DNA from: a virus
Taxonomy: Duplodnaviria > Caudoviricetes
IMG/VR virus record: IMGVR_UViG_3300028591_000076
Coordinates: 32,001 to 96,000 of that record
Reading direction: 5' to 3' (one strand)
Length of the DNA stretch: 64,000 nt
Under the pieces are notes generated by a model that was given only the letters and a program-made list of their open reading frames with translations, was not told the DNA's origin and made no database searches. A program made the translations under genes and the position numbers. The stretch's first letter is position 1, and every line of letters begins with the position of its first letter. Of the stretch, positions 9,896-20,600 are shown piece after piece.

Positions 9896-10252
9896 ATGAC
9901 TAAATTGGAAGAATATGATTTATATGGCTTATGTACAAGCTTAAATGAAACATTTCTAAAAAAAGACGGAGTAGGATTAGGTTTTTATTTTTTAATGAAT
10001 AGTCCATATTTTATAGATAATAGATGCTTAAGAAGTTATCCACAAACAAGTATACCTAAAGACAATAAATATCATCGTACTAGCCAAGCACTTATCCAAA
10101 CGTGCATTGGGCATATTAAAAATAGTAAATGTATTTTTAAAAAAATGCTTAAAAAAAATTTTAATATAGACGATAAACTTTTTGAAAGCTTAAAATGCCA
10201 TATAGATAATTATATTACTAACTTAAGCACTTATGAAAAATATTTTCTATAA
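9896..10252 (+). CDS. Small hypothetical protein, C-terminal tag YEKYFL
   Basis: TTACATATT at 9882-9890, 5 nt before the ATG. Confidence 0.7.
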   Translation: MTKLEEYDLYGLCTSLNETFLKKDGVGLGFYFLMNSPYFIDNRCLRSYPQTSIPKDNKYHRTSQALIQTCIGHIKNSKCIFKKMLKKNFNIDDKLFESLKCHIDNYITNLSTYEKYFL

Positions 10253-10282
10253 AAAAAGGACCTATTACAAGGTCCTTTTTTA
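10253..10282. terminator. Bidirectional intrinsic terminator
   Basis: aaaaaggacct/aggtccttttt hairpin. Confidence 0.8.
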
Positions 10283-10298
10283 TAAGTCAGATTAAAGA

Positions 10299-11237
10299 TT
10301 AGTCGCCAAACATCTTAGCGATATCTTCATCAGACATATTTTCATACTTATCCATATCTAATGCAATTTCATCGTCTGACTTATTAAAAATATCAAATGG
10401 GTCATCATTACCAGTATCAGCTGGCTCTTCTACTTCATTAGAAGCTGGTTCAGCTGGTTTTTCAGCTTTAGGCTCTTCTACTGGTGGCTCATTAGATACT
10501 GGTTCTTCAGTTTCTGGCTCTTCTGCAGCTGGTTCGCTAGCTGCTGGAGTATCATCATTACCTAAGAAATCATTATCTGTAATATCAGCGAATGGGTCAT
10601 CTCCCGCTGCACCTTCTGGTTCTGCATTTGCAGATTCTGCAGGTGTATTATCATTTGATGCTGGAACTACTAGAAGATCATCAGCAACTGCATCTTGTGC
10701 ATTCATTAAGATATTTGCAAGATTAGTATCACCCTTACCCATTTCGTCGACAAGAAGCTGTGCCTGTCTAAGAAGTTCAGCTACTTTGTTAGCTTTAGCT
10801 TCATCTGAAACATTTTCTGAAGCTGCTGTATCAGTTCCTGATGTAAATTCAGCTTCAAGACCAGTAGGTGTTGCTTTTCCTGGATTCTTAGCTTTCCAGT
10901 CTGCTATCATGCTATCAGCAATAGGCTGAATTGCATTAGAAATTGCAGTACGTTTACCCTGGTGCTTTACATTACCATTTCTATCAAGTCTATCTGTGTT
11001 AGCCATGTCTGGGAACATTTCATAGAACTCGTTAACTAATGCATTATATGCTTCATAAGCAGGTGTACCTTCTGCATTGTGTGAAGGATTTTTATAAAGG
11101 AATAAGAACTCAGGGTGAATTTCGCAGAATTGACGAATTTGTCTTGCATATGCCTGAGCCATTTCATTCAAATTACCTTCTTGAAGGTTACTCTTTAATG
11201 CCTCTTTATAGATATTTTCGAAAAATGTCTTATTCAT
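10299..11237 (-). CDS. Acidic Pro/Glu/Ala-rich protein, probable head-associated or internal protein
   Basis: N-terminal FFENIYKE and LNE|MA; low-complexity E/P/A tail with two DDPF motifs; AGGAG RBS. Confidence 0.7.
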   Translation of the reverse strand: MNKTFFENIYKEALKSNLQEGNLNEMAQAYARQIRQFCEIHPEFLFLYKNPSHNAEGTPAYEAYNALVNEFYEMFPDMANTDRLDRNGNVKHQGKRTAISNAIQPIADSMIADWKAKNPGKATPTGLEAEFTSGTDTAASENVSDEAKANKVAELLRQAQLLVDEMGKGDTNLANILMNAQDAVADDLLVVPASNDNTPAESANAEPEGAAGDDPFADITDNDFLGNDDTPAASEPAAEEPETEEPVSNEPPVEEPKAEKPAEPASNEVEEPADTGNDDPFDIFNKSDDEIALDMDKYENMSDEDIAKMFGD

Positions 11238-11323
11238 TTTTTTCTCCTATAGGACTCGCCCATATTATATATGAGCTTTTTATATAAAATTAGTTATTTA
11301 TAATTTAAATTAGTTTATGAATG

Positions 11324-13594
11324 CTATAAATATAGACCTAAGCTATTCATAAATGTATTAGTTTTACCCTTAATTATCTCATATGATCTTTCTAGCGCAG
11401 CTCCTGGATCCCAAACTTTTCTAGGTATAAACTCATCAGGATATGTATCTAGTAATGATATAGACGCTACAACAGAGTCAAGATTATCCTTTGCAAAATA
11501 GCCAATTTGAGATTTAGACCATGCGGAGTCTGTATAAGTAGCGCCAGACTGACAGAAAGAGTCTGTATAAACGTTTTTTCCTTTCTTATGGTCTACTTTA
11601 GTAGAGCCCGACTGTCGCTTAGCATACTCAAGTGATAACATATTATTTTTTGCCATAATATTTTTACCACAAGCCCATCTTCTATGGAAAGCATAATCTA
11701 TAAATGCATTATAAGGAACATTTACTTTATCAACTGATAATAACTCAACTTCAAAACCAAATCTTTCCAAAGCCTGCATGATAGAACGAGACTGGAATCC
11801 ATCGAAAGATACATGAGATATATTCATATGTCCTAAAGTTACTAAATCCATCAAGAAAAACTTAAATGCATCAAGGTTAATCATACCACCCTTAGGAATT
11901 ACCGGAATAGTAAAATCAGTAACATACATCTTTAACTGATTACCTTCGTCATCTAATACGGGACTCCACTCAACGTGACTTATAGCAATAGACGCAGTAT
12001 CGCCAGAAATAGCTAAGTCGACAGAAGCTGATCTTGGTGTGGATGGCTCATAATAGAAATAATAATTTTCCATTACTTTATTAAAGAATATATCTTTAAC
12101 TTGATTCCAAATTAAATGTTCTGGCTCTTCTTCTTTCAAAGCAATAATATTACTGAATACATTTCTTAAATTATTATTAAATGCATCTTCTACTACTTGT
12201 TGTTCATAGAAAATGCGGTCTGCAGCGCCAGATGGCTGTCCACATAAGTCACGCATGAACTGTATAGGGTTTTCTTGCGCCTGTATTTTATAGTTAACTT
12301 CACCATTTGGGCCCATATATAATTTTGGACACCAAATAATATCTTTCTCATTATAAGTTGCTAACTGTTCAGCATTTTCAATAACAGTTGTTGGCTTACC
12401 AGAGCCGCCTTTAAATAATGGGAATGCCACTTTTAAGTCATGCTTAACTTGACCATTCTCATCTAAAGCATGCTCAAACCCTTTAGGGAAATATTTCCAT
12501 CTTGAGCCGGTTAAAATATAATTTTTAGGGTCTTTTGGAGCAGTTTCATGAATCCATTTATCAATACTAGATTCTAAATTATTTGGGGAAGAATCAAGTA
12601 TAAATCTACCATAGTAATTACCAAACATACGAGAATCAATTCTGGAACGAAGTTTAGTAAAGAATTTCATAACATCATCAGAAGACCAGCCGTTTTCTTC
12701 AAAGAATGCTAACTCAGTTAAAATTCCAGAAATGATTGTAGAACCAATGATATCTTTATCACCTGCTACGGTTTTATAATTGACGCCACCCTGCATCGTA
12801 AGAGCGCTGGTCTTTGAAGCGGTTGTCCAAAGTAATTGATTAGCTACTTCATCTGGTGGCGCGTCTTCATCAGTAATATCCTTACTTCCACGTACTTGTT
12901 TAAAATAAGGACTAGAGTTAATTATATTAAGAATTGGTTCAAGTAAGATTTCAGAGCCTTTTTTCTGAGACCAAGCGCCCAATGCCTGAATATAAACAGT
13001 AGCTGAGCTCTGCCCAAAATACTTGTATGGATGCCACATCATTGCGAAGTGTGTAGAAATATAAAGCTGAATAATAGCAGAAAGCGCGGATTTTCCCCAT
13101 CCAATATGCAAACTTAATATTGCGTTTCTATATGGACTAAGTGGATTCATAAATTCTATAAACGCTTTTCTAACAGGTTCATATAGTGTTTCAGCTGTTG
13201 GACCTAGATATTTTTCTGTTAAGAATTCTTCTGGCGTAGGCGGCTTACATTTGAAATTAAGTCGCCAGCCTTCTGATAAAAGCTCATTTTTAAATACATC
13301 ATTTATACTATTAGTCTTTGCTAACCATTCTATAGCAGCTTTAATATTATTAAAATTTAATGCCTTAAATTCTGGCCTATTAAGAGCTTCTTCATTACCA
13401 TCGAGAATGTCTTGAAATATATATTTTAAGTTACCTAGTGTATCTGGTAATAAAACTGTATTTTCTTGGTCAAGTCCGTTATATGGTAAAATTAAGCCTT
13501 TATCTTCGCCGGATTTTACCATATCATATTTTACTTTTTCAGGGTCATCAGATATTTGAGCTGCGTCAAATAAATCTTGTCCTATATCTTTCAT
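11324..13594 (-). CDS. terL: Terminase large subunit
   Basis: Walker A IGWGKS, Walker B-like GILTE, coupling motif LDSS; RNase H-like nuclease VDLAISGD..SFDGFQS..KDNLDS; close to the portal gene. Confidence 0.9.
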   Translation of the reverse strand: MKDIGQDLFDAAQISDDPEKVKYDMVKSGEDKGLILPYNGLDQENTVLLPDTLGNLKYIFQDILDGNEEALNRPEFKALNFNNIKAAIEWLAKTNSINDVFKNELLSEGWRLNFKCKPPTPEEFLTEKYLGPTAETLYEPVRKAFIEFMNPLSPYRNAILSLHIGWGKSALSAIIQLYISTHFAMMWHPYKYFGQSSATVYIQALGAWSQKKGSEILLEPILNIINSSPYFKQVRGSKDITDEDAPPDEVANQLLWTTASKTSALTMQGGVNYKTVAGDKDIIGSTIISGILTELAFFEENGWSSDDVMKFFTKLRSRIDSRMFGNYYGRFILDSSPNNLESSIDKWIHETAPKDPKNYILTGSRWKYFPKGFEHALDENGQVKHDLKVAFPLFKGGSGKPTTVIENAEQLATYNEKDIIWCPKLYMGPNGEVNYKIQAQENPIQFMRDLCGQPSGAADRIFYEQQVVEDAFNNNLRNVFSNIIALKEEEPEHLIWNQVKDIFFNKVMENYYFYYEPSTPRSASVDLAISGDTASIAISHVEWSPVLDDEGNQLKMYVTDFTIPVIPKGGMINLDAFKFFLMDLVTLGHMNISHVSFDGFQSRSIMQALERFGFEVELLSVDKVNVPYNAFIDYAFHRRWACGKNIMAKNNMLSLEYAKRQSGSTKVDHKKGKNVYTDSFCQSGATYTDSAWSKSQIGYFAKDNLDSVVASISLLDTYPDEFIPRKVWDPGAALERSYEIIKGKTNTFMNSLGLYL

Positions 13595-13599
13595 ATCTA

Positions 13600-15807
13600 T
13601 TAAGTATTGGCAGTTTCTGGTATTTCATCCGTATTAACATCTCCACCAAGGAGGTTTGTTTTGTTTTTCGGATCGCCAGCGCCATTTTCTCCTTTTTTAT
13701 CATTTTGGTCGCCATTAGTATCACTTTGAGACTGTTCCGCTTGTTCCTTATTAGTCTCACTTGCTGGCGTATCTTGGTTATTAGATTCTTGTTTATTTTT
13801 ATTTTCCTCATTAAGTGCTTCTTGTCTAATTTTTGGAGATTTAGCTTCATCCAGTGCAACTAAGAATTCATTTATTTTATCCCAACCAATATTTTCTATA
13901 TTTCTACCCGTAAAATTTATTAAAGCCTGATCTAGACTTAATGGACTTGTCTGTCCACTATTAGGTGTTAATGAATATAATCTTACTATTAATGTTTTAT
14001 CTTCTTCTGCTAGCGGTCCATTATTAGTAGATAAAGTAGGACTTACATTTGTTGGTTGTTCATTAGCGTTATTTGTACCATTATTATTAGGCGCTACTTG
14101 TTCAGACTCATAAAATTTTTTCATAAATACATCCACTAAATCAAAGTTTGTAGACTCATTCTTTACTTGATTATCAGCTTGACTATTTGTAGAGCTTATA
14201 GTGGTATCAGTATTTTGTATATCCGAATCATCAACTTCAGCCAAAATTTTTTCTAATTCTGCTCTTTCTTCAGGAGTTAGTTCTTGGTTAGACTTAAATT
14301 TATTAGAAATCTTTTCCCAATTAATTTTACGTCTAGAGTCCCAAGCATTTTTACCAGACTGTGCTAGCTCTTTAGCTTTTTTAAATTTCTTATAAGGCAT
14401 AAGTAAGCTAGAAAAGCTAAAGTTTGAAAGGCCTATGGCATCTCTAAATGCTTTTAAGTCTTCTAAGTGGCCAACTTCAAAGAATTTATCTAAATCTTTA
14501 AAGAACTTTTCTGTTGAACTCTCATTTTCCGATTCAGTAGCTTTTAAGTTAAAGTTTGGATTACCATAAACGTCTATATTTCTATATTTTAAGTACCATT
14601 TATAATAATCAAAAAATGCAACTAAAAATTTCTTATCTATAGCTCTATATTTACTGATAACGTTAGCATTATTAAAATCAAAACGTGTAAGATATTTGCT
14701 AGATATATTATCTGGATTTTCATCTATGGATTTTATTGTAGCTTTTTCGTAAGACTCAATTCTATCAAATGTGCCTTTTAACGCTTTATTTAAATTTATA
14801 CTAGGCTCAGTAGCGCCGCTTATACATACTACCTTTGGACACCAGTTAAAATATTTTTTATAAGGTTCAGTACAGAAAATTACAATATTATTCTTATTTG
14901 CTGAGCCTCTAAGCTTTCTAATTTTTTGTAAGAAAGACATTTCATCTAGAAATCCGCCAGTTACTTTAGACTGGTTCTTATTGAAGACTTCTTTTTCAAT
15001 ACCCAGCATAGCATTGCCTTTTATAAGGCCTTGACTCTTAGGGAATATTTCAAAATTATTATAAATATTGGCTAATTCTTCTATCATTGCGCCAGCATTT
15101 GAAAATTCTTGTCCCATTTCTTTAATTGATGCTGGTACATAAATTAATGTTGACCAATCACCTTTTTTATTAGAGTATACAGTACTAGTTGACCTATCAT
15201 TTGTAGGTGACCTACCATTATTATCTTTCTTAAATTCATGATTTAACTGAATAAGTGCATTTTTCATATTTACTGCACTTGTATAAGCGTTAATAGGCCA
15301 TACAAAAATAGATGCGGCATGGTCTGCAGAATAGGATACATTCATTGATCCAATTTCATTATATGTTGAACTCTGATTTGGCGTATTAGCATTATAATTT
15401 AATCCTATATTGCTATTGTCCTGACCTATATTATTATTCTGTACAGTATTCTGAGAATTAATTATACCAGCGGGGCTAGCCTGTGTATATTGATTAGCTA
15501 GATTAGCGCTATTCATATCGCCTTCTACCAATTTCTTATTATACTTATATGGTAGCGCGCCAGTTTTATTAAATTCTTTGAACTCAGATTTCATATCTTT
15601 GGTCATAGAACTAATATCATTCTTTTCCCAAAAAATATAAAAATTGTCATATCCATTAGCTTTAGCTTTTTTAGACTCTTCCTTTAGAATAGCATAATTT
15701 GGGATGCTATCTATAGTAGAAATAAATGCATTAGAATATGCACTTTTTTGTTTTTCTATGTTATATTTATCAAAACCTTCAGTAAAAAATACAATATAAT
15801 CTTTCAT
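13600..15807 (-). CDS. Large hypothetical protein between portal and terminase, probably virion-associated
   Basis: 735 aa; N/Q-rich linkers; GCTAATT 5 nt before the ATG. Confidence 0.7.
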   Translation of the reverse strand: MKDYIVFFTEGFDKYNIEKQKSAYSNAFISTIDSIPNYAILKEESKKAKANGYDNFYIFWEKNDISSMTKDMKSEFKEFNKTGALPYKYNKKLVEGDMNSANLANQYTQASPAGIINSQNTVQNNNIGQDNSNIGLNYNANTPNQSSTYNEIGSMNVSYSADHAASIFVWPINAYTSAVNMKNALIQLNHEFKKDNNGRSPTNDRSTSTVYSNKKGDWSTLIYVPASIKEMGQEFSNAGAMIEELANIYNNFEIFPKSQGLIKGNAMLGIEKEVFNKNQSKVTGGFLDEMSFLQKIRKLRGSANKNNIVIFCTEPYKKYFNWCPKVVCISGATEPSINLNKALKGTFDRIESYEKATIKSIDENPDNISSKYLTRFDFNNANVISKYRAIDKKFLVAFFDYYKWYLKYRNIDVYGNPNFNLKATESENESSTEKFFKDLDKFFEVGHLEDLKAFRDAIGLSNFSFSSLLMPYKKFKKAKELAQSGKNAWDSRRKINWEKISNKFKSNQELTPEERAELEKILAEVDDSDIQNTDTTISSTNSQADNQVKNESTNFDLVDVFMKKFYESEQVAPNNNGTNNANEQPTNVSPTLSTNNGPLAEEDKTLIVRLYSLTPNSGQTSPLSLDQALINFTGRNIENIGWDKINEFLVALDEAKSPKIRQEALNEENKNKQESNNQDTPASETNKEQAEQSQSDTNGDQNDKKGENGAGDPKNKTNLLGGDVNTDEIPETANT

Positions 15808-15833
15808 ACTATAATTAGCTTCCTATATTCCAA

Positions 15834-18119
15834 TTAAATATGCTTTTCTTCGCCATAATTTTTAATATTTTCTCTAGCAATTTTTAATTGCTGATTTATA
15901 TTTACACCTGACTCTCTAAGAGCTGTTGCAGCAGCTGAAGCTGATAATGCAGTTTCTATAGTAGATAATTTATTATCTTTTGCAGAGGCCAATTTAGTAA
16001 TCTTTTTAGGTTTGTTAGCTCGTATACCCTGCATAAGCTCATTTACTTGCGCTTCATTTAATTTTGTTTTTCCGCCTTTTTTATTATTAGAAATAACCTT
16101 AAAAGACTCATAAACTTCTGAGCCCTCTGTTATTTTTGGTACATATAGGCAGTGTTTTTTAGTATTCGCATTATTCCAGTCGGAAAGACTATTTGACTCA
16201 ACAAAATGCATATAAATATCATCAGCAGCATTTTTATAGCGTTCTCTTATTTCTCTAAGATGTTCTAATTCACGTTCTTTCTTTTCTCTTAAATACTTTT
16301 TCTTTTTAAGATTTATTCTTTTAGACTCTGGTAATTCATCTGCTCCGCCTGCATCATCACCACCGCCCATATCATCGCCACCAAAATCATCACTACCACC
16401 GCCAAGGTCGTCACCGCCAAACTCGTCGTCGCCACCATCAGAATTTTTAGCTGGCTTTAAGAATGCTGATAATCTCATCCATTTTTGTACTTCAGTTGGG
16501 TCTAAGAATGAGTATTTAGAAAGAATATCTGTTACAACGTCTTCCGGTAAGGTATCTTCATCACTTATACCTAATACATCTTTAAGTAAGTCAACAATAG
16601 CCTGAGATAAGTCAATTGAAGACTGTCTAGCCTGACGTTTTTCATCTGACATCTCTATAGCTGGGAAGCGCATACTTAAAATAAAAGGAGTATTATAATC
16701 AAATTCACCAGTTATTGCATAGTGCATACGAATAAGCATACCTATAGTATCAAGGACTATCGACTGAATTGAGTATACATGTCTAGCAAATGGCTTATAT
16801 TGTTCCATAAGTGATATACCAGAAACATAGGTACTGCCTTCTCCACCATTTGGGTCAAGATATCCGAGTGGTATATTCGCAGCATAAGCTACACGTTTTT
16901 GGTAATTTTCCAAGTCTTCAATAAAGTCCATATCACATTTAGACTCTTTTACATCTATATCAAGAAGTTCACTTGGAACCCAAATTTTAGTATTTACGGT
17001 ATATACTTCTGAACCAGCACCCGCTGGTGAAACACCTAGATTATCATATTGTTGTCTAACATTATTTACAGTATCAAAAGCTTGAGTTGGCGTAAGTCCT
17101 TTAGGCGTTGTTACCTTATACATTGTGACCGGAAAGCTCATAGAACGAGCTAAGCCTTGTAAGGCCATAGTTGAATGTGCTTGCTTAAATGGCGCTAAAC
17201 ACTGAATTAGAGGAGGCCTTCCATATGGATAGAATTCAGAATGGTCCATATTAAATCTAAAATGAGAAATAAGCCAAGGAGGAGCGATAATACCGTCATG
17301 TAATTCATAGCCTAAAAGCTTATCATCAAACATATCAGCTAAGTTTTCAGCTTCATCCATTGACTCTTTAGATTTTAAGAGATTTACTAAATCTTTTATT
17401 TTCGAGCCTCTATCACGATTTGCTGTCATCCAACCGTCTCTTTCAGCTAGGAACTTAGCAACATGTATTGGAGAAAACTCTAGTCTTTCCATTACTGCAT
17501 TTACAGGAATAGGTTTAATTCTTTCAATACCATTAGTTCCAACTTTATGGGCCCAGAATGACTCTCCATATAGCTCAAGATCAAAACAAACTGCATTTAA
17601 GCGGGCTTGTGTAATACCCCAAGAATTCAAGAGATTATATGTATGCTCTACAAAGTTTATATTTGGAGACTCAATAGAGATTATACGGTCTTGAACATCT
17701 TGCTGAGTTGCTTCATCTGCAACTAAGTGGCAGGCTCTAGAAATAAATGGGTCATTATAATACATGAAAGAAAGCTCATTTAATCTAGCTTGTCTATCTT
17801 GAATATCATCGTAAGATACAGTTGTGTCATTTAAGTAAGCGTCTAAATAATGCTCTACTGTTGAATTTAACTTTTGACTTCTATAAACTGCGCCTTTAGC
17901 AGCATTTTTTACTCTATAAGCGTCATTATTTAGGTCTACACGAACAAATTTGATACCTGTTCTTTTTTCTATTTCAGTTTCTGGCTTTTCATTTTTATTT
18001 AATGTTCTAAAACCAAAAATGCTATTAAGCCTATTTATAAAAGATGAATTTATAATACTTGATTTCGGCTTTTGGCCTGAAATATAGATATTATCTTCAT
18101 TTAACTTTTGTTTTGCCAT
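15834..18119 (-). CDS. Portal protein (T4 gp20-like)
   Basis: LELYGESFW, HFRF...PYGRPPL, LARSMSFP motifs; G/D-rich tail after the core. Confidence 0.85.
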   Translation of the reverse strand: MAKQKLNEDNIYISGQKPKSSIINSSFINRLNSIFGFRTLNKNEKPETEIEKRTGIKFVRVDLNNDAYRVKNAAKGAVYRSQKLNSTVEHYLDAYLNDTTVSYDDIQDRQARLNELSFMYYNDPFISRACHLVADEATQQDVQDRIISIESPNINFVEHTYNLLNSWGITQARLNAVCFDLELYGESFWAHKVGTNGIERIKPIPVNAVMERLEFSPIHVAKFLAERDGWMTANRDRGSKIKDLVNLLKSKESMDEAENLADMFDDKLLGYELHDGIIAPPWLISHFRFNMDHSEFYPYGRPPLIQCLAPFKQAHSTMALQGLARSMSFPVTMYKVTTPKGLTPTQAFDTVNNVRQQYDNLGVSPAGAGSEVYTVNTKIWVPSELLDIDVKESKCDMDFIEDLENYQKRVAYAANIPLGYLDPNGGEGSTYVSGISLMEQYKPFARHVYSIQSIVLDTIGMLIRMHYAITGEFDYNTPFILSMRFPAIEMSDEKRQARQSSIDLSQAIVDLLKDVLGISDEDTLPEDVVTDILSKYSFLDPTEVQKWMRLSAFLKPAKNSDGGDDEFGGDDLGGGSDDFGGDDMGGGDDAGGADELPESKRINLKKKKYLREKKERELEHLREIRERYKNAADDIYMHFVESNSLSDWNNANTKKHCLYVPKITEGSEVYESFKVISNNKKGGKTKLNEAQVNELMQGIRANKPKKITKLASAKDNKLSTIETALSASAAATALRESGVNINQQLKIARENIKNYGEEKHI

Positions 18120-18130
18120 ATTTTAATGTC

Positions 18131-18385
18131 CTAGTATTTTATATCATCTACAAGGGGTACTTCAATTGTACTAAAACTTATTGGAATGCCCTTACGTCCA
18201 TACTCATAGATTCTTTCAATAAAATATTGAATTTCACGTACAGTTTTTTGTAAATCAGGCTTAGCTCTTGTCTCATCTGCACTATTATATAACATATAGG
18301 TATCAAGAACTTTACCACAATCAATTAGTGAAATTTTAGTCATTATTTCGTCATCTTGAGTAAAATTTATAGTTTTTAATTCCAT
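18131..18385 (-). CDS. Hypothetical protein
   Basis: ORF coupled upstream of the portal gene. Confidence 0.65.
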   Translation of the reverse strand: MELKTINFTQDDEIMTKISLIDCGKVLDTYMLYNSADETRAKPDLQKTVREIQYFIERIYEYGRKGIPISFSTIEVPLVDDIKY

Positions 18386-18387
18386 AA

Positions 18388-18894
18388 TTATTCTTTAGTT
18401 TTTTTGGTTTTCTTATCTTTCTTAGCTTCTGCGCCATGCATTATAAATCTTTGTTTATTTGCTAAATATAAATTTCTATAATTTTGGTCATCCGCTATTT
18501 CAAAACCAGAAGTTACTCCAATTGCATATATAATTCTAATATAATTTTCTATTTCAGTTCTTAATATACTTTCATATCCAATATTTAATACACCATCTTC
18601 TTGATTAGAGACTACCGCTTGTAATAAGCCATTAATAGCTTGTAATCCCATTTCGTCTTTAATAAAATTATCTGGCAACATCTGTGTAAGTTCTTTACTT
18701 TTTTCTATATCACCTACACTTTTAGAGATATTCTTAAATTTTATTATGGACATAATACCTTCATTAAAGGCTTCAGATGCAATAATTCCAATATCTGACT
18801 CTATCTTTTTTGGTGTATTAAATTTAGCATTTGTTGAAACTCTTTTAACTTCTTCTTTAAAAGCCATCGAATTTAAATATTCTGTTATACTCAA
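18388..18894 (-). CDS. Hypothetical protein
   Basis: TTG start after GAGG; ACTAATT at 18912-18918. Confidence 0.65.
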   Translation of the reverse strand: MSITEYLNSMAFKEEVKRVSTNAKFNTPKKIESDIGIIASEAFNEGIMSIIKFKNISKSVGDIEKSKELTQMLPDNFIKDEMGLQAINGLLQAVVSNQEDGVLNIGYESILRTEIENYIRIIYAIGVTSGFEIADDQNYRNLYLANKQRFIMHGAEAKKDKKTKKTKE

Positions 18895-18982
18895 AATTAA
18901 ACCTCTTTCTAAATTAGTTTAAAATTTGTTTTTTCACTAATATATAATATATATTATCTAAAATAAGGAAATACTATAGAAA

Positions 18983-20023
18983 ATGAATATTATTATACCT
19001 ACTGATGACCAAGGTAATATGACTTCGTTAGATAATCTGCATAATGCTGTTTTTCTTGCTGGACCATGTCCTAGAGAAGATTATGAGAAAAACGACGTTT
19101 GGAGAAAAGAAGCATATTCAATTTTTGAAGATATTGGCTTTGACGGTGATATTTTAAATCCAACAAATAAAAATTATGGCTTAATGAAAGACCTAACAAA
19201 GCAAACAGATTGGGAAAATGAAGCAATGCATAAAGCATCCGCTATTATTTTCTATCTTGAAAGAACTGAGAAGAATCCGGGATTTACATCAAATGTAGAA
19301 ATAGGCATGTGGCTTAAATCAAATAATATTTTTGTGTGTATTCCAGACGACTCAAGAAAAAAGAATGCAAATGCTTATATTCGTATTAAGTGTGACCAAG
19401 CTGGCATACCCGTTTTTAATACATTAGAAGAAACAATTATTGCTGTAGATGAAAGGCTTAATAGGGAAGAATCAAAAAAATGGTTTATTTCTGATACTCA
19501 TTTTAGCCAGCAAAGAACATTAGACTTTAGTAAAAGGCCATTTAGAAATGTAAGAGAAATGGATTTAGATATAATTTCTAATTGGAATAAAACTGTTAGT
19601 GTAAATGATGATGTTTATGTACTTGGCGACTTTGGGGAAAATGATAAATATCTAGACTGCCTTAATTTCAAAACATTACATTTTGTTAAAGGCAACTATG
19701 AACGTGATAAAGTTCCAGACTTAGTAGAGTCTCTAAAAAAACGAAAAAATGTAAAAGTCTATAATAATGATGAATGTAAAATAAAAGTTGGCGATTTTAA
19801 TTGTGTATTACGTCATGAGCCAATAACAGATTATAAATTAAAAGATGATGAATTTGTACTTTATGGACATATTCATGGACGTCAGTTTATAAAAAATAAA
19901 GGATTAGATGTTGGTGTTGATTGTCATAACTTTACGCCAGTATCGGAAGAAGACGTAGCGTTTTATTTAAATGCTATAGATAAAGGCTATTATGATAATC
20001 AAGTTATGAATAAAATAAACTAA
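18983..20023 (+). CDS. Fusion of nucleoside 2-deoxyribosyltransferase-like and calcineurin-like metallophosphoesterase domains
   Basis: N-terminal VFLAGP..W..WE..TSNVEIG; C-terminal SDTHF, LGDF, GNYE, HEP and GHIH. Confidence 0.8.
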   Translation: MNIIIPTDDQGNMTSLDNLHNAVFLAGPCPREDYEKNDVWRKEAYSIFEDIGFDGDILNPTNKNYGLMKDLTKQTDWENEAMHKASAIIFYLERTEKNPGFTSNVEIGMWLKSNNIFVCIPDDSRKKNANAYIRIKCDQAGIPVFNTLEETIIAVDERLNREESKKWFISDTHFSQQRTLDFSKRPFRNVREMDLDIISNWNKTVSVNDDVYVLGDFGENDKYLDCLNFKTLHFVKGNYERDKVPDLVESLKKRKNVKVYNNDECKIKVGDFNCVLRHEPITDYKLKDDEFVLYGHIHGRQFIKNKGLDVGVDCHNFTPVSEEDVAFYLNAIDKGYYDNQVMNKIN

Positions 20024-20028
20024 AATTA

Positions 20029-20055
20029 AAAAAGCTGCCTAAATGGCAGCTTTTT
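20029..20055. terminator. Bidirectional intrinsic terminator
   Basis: aaaaagctgcc taaat ggcagcttttt. Confidence 0.8.
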
Positions 20056-20057
20056 AT

Positions 20058-20600
20058 TTATAAATCATATTTTAATGCATCAATAAGCTCTTGAATATCT
20101 ATATTTTTTAAGTTTGCTTGCTGAATAATCATTTTAGCAAAATTACTAACTTCAGACCCATATACTATATCGTCGCCTATATTTTTTAATGTTATCTCTT
20201 TTCTATTAACTTCTATATAATTACTAATATAGTCTAAGGTTTCTTGTGGAATTTCAATTTTTTTGGCGGACACAACCTCATCTTTCATAATATGTCTATT
20301 ATTAGATATAGTTCTAAAAACGCCATTTGATAAAAAACATAAAATTGGCTCTGGCGAACGTAATGTAAGAACTACATAATAATTTACATTAAATTCGTCT
20401 TCTTCAAAATTATCCTTTTGCCAATCAACATATTTTTTAACTTCTTCTTCAAAAGACTTTTTTAAGCCCGACTCATAGAAACTTTTTGCGAATTTTTCAA
20501 GCGGTATTTTTTCATTATCAATTGTTACAAACTGGTCCTTTAATTGTTCAGCATATTTACCATCAAACTTAAAATTATCTAATATATCTTTTTTTGTCAT
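20058..20600 (-). CDS. Hypothetical protein
   Basis: ORF coupled to the Nudix gene. Confidence 0.65.
   Translation of the reverse strand: MTKKDILDNFKFDGKYAEQLKDQFVTIDNEKIPLEKFAKSFYESGLKKSFEEEVKKYVDWQKDNFEEDEFNVNYYVVLTLRSPEPILCFLSNGVFRTISNNRHIMKDEVVSAKKIEIPQETLDYISNYIEVNRKEITLKNIGDDIVYGSEVSNFAKMIIQQANLKNIDIQELIDALKYDL

Noticed and set aside
13438-14395. Overlapping ORFs 13438-13863, 13566-13859 and 14201-14395
   Set aside because: Antisense or alternate-frame shadows of terL and the 735-aa gene; no RBS or recognisable motifs.
16340-16440. GC-rich short repeats suggesting a CRISPR or VNTR array
   Set aside because: They encode the Gly/Asp-rich portal tail; there is no repeat-spacer structure.
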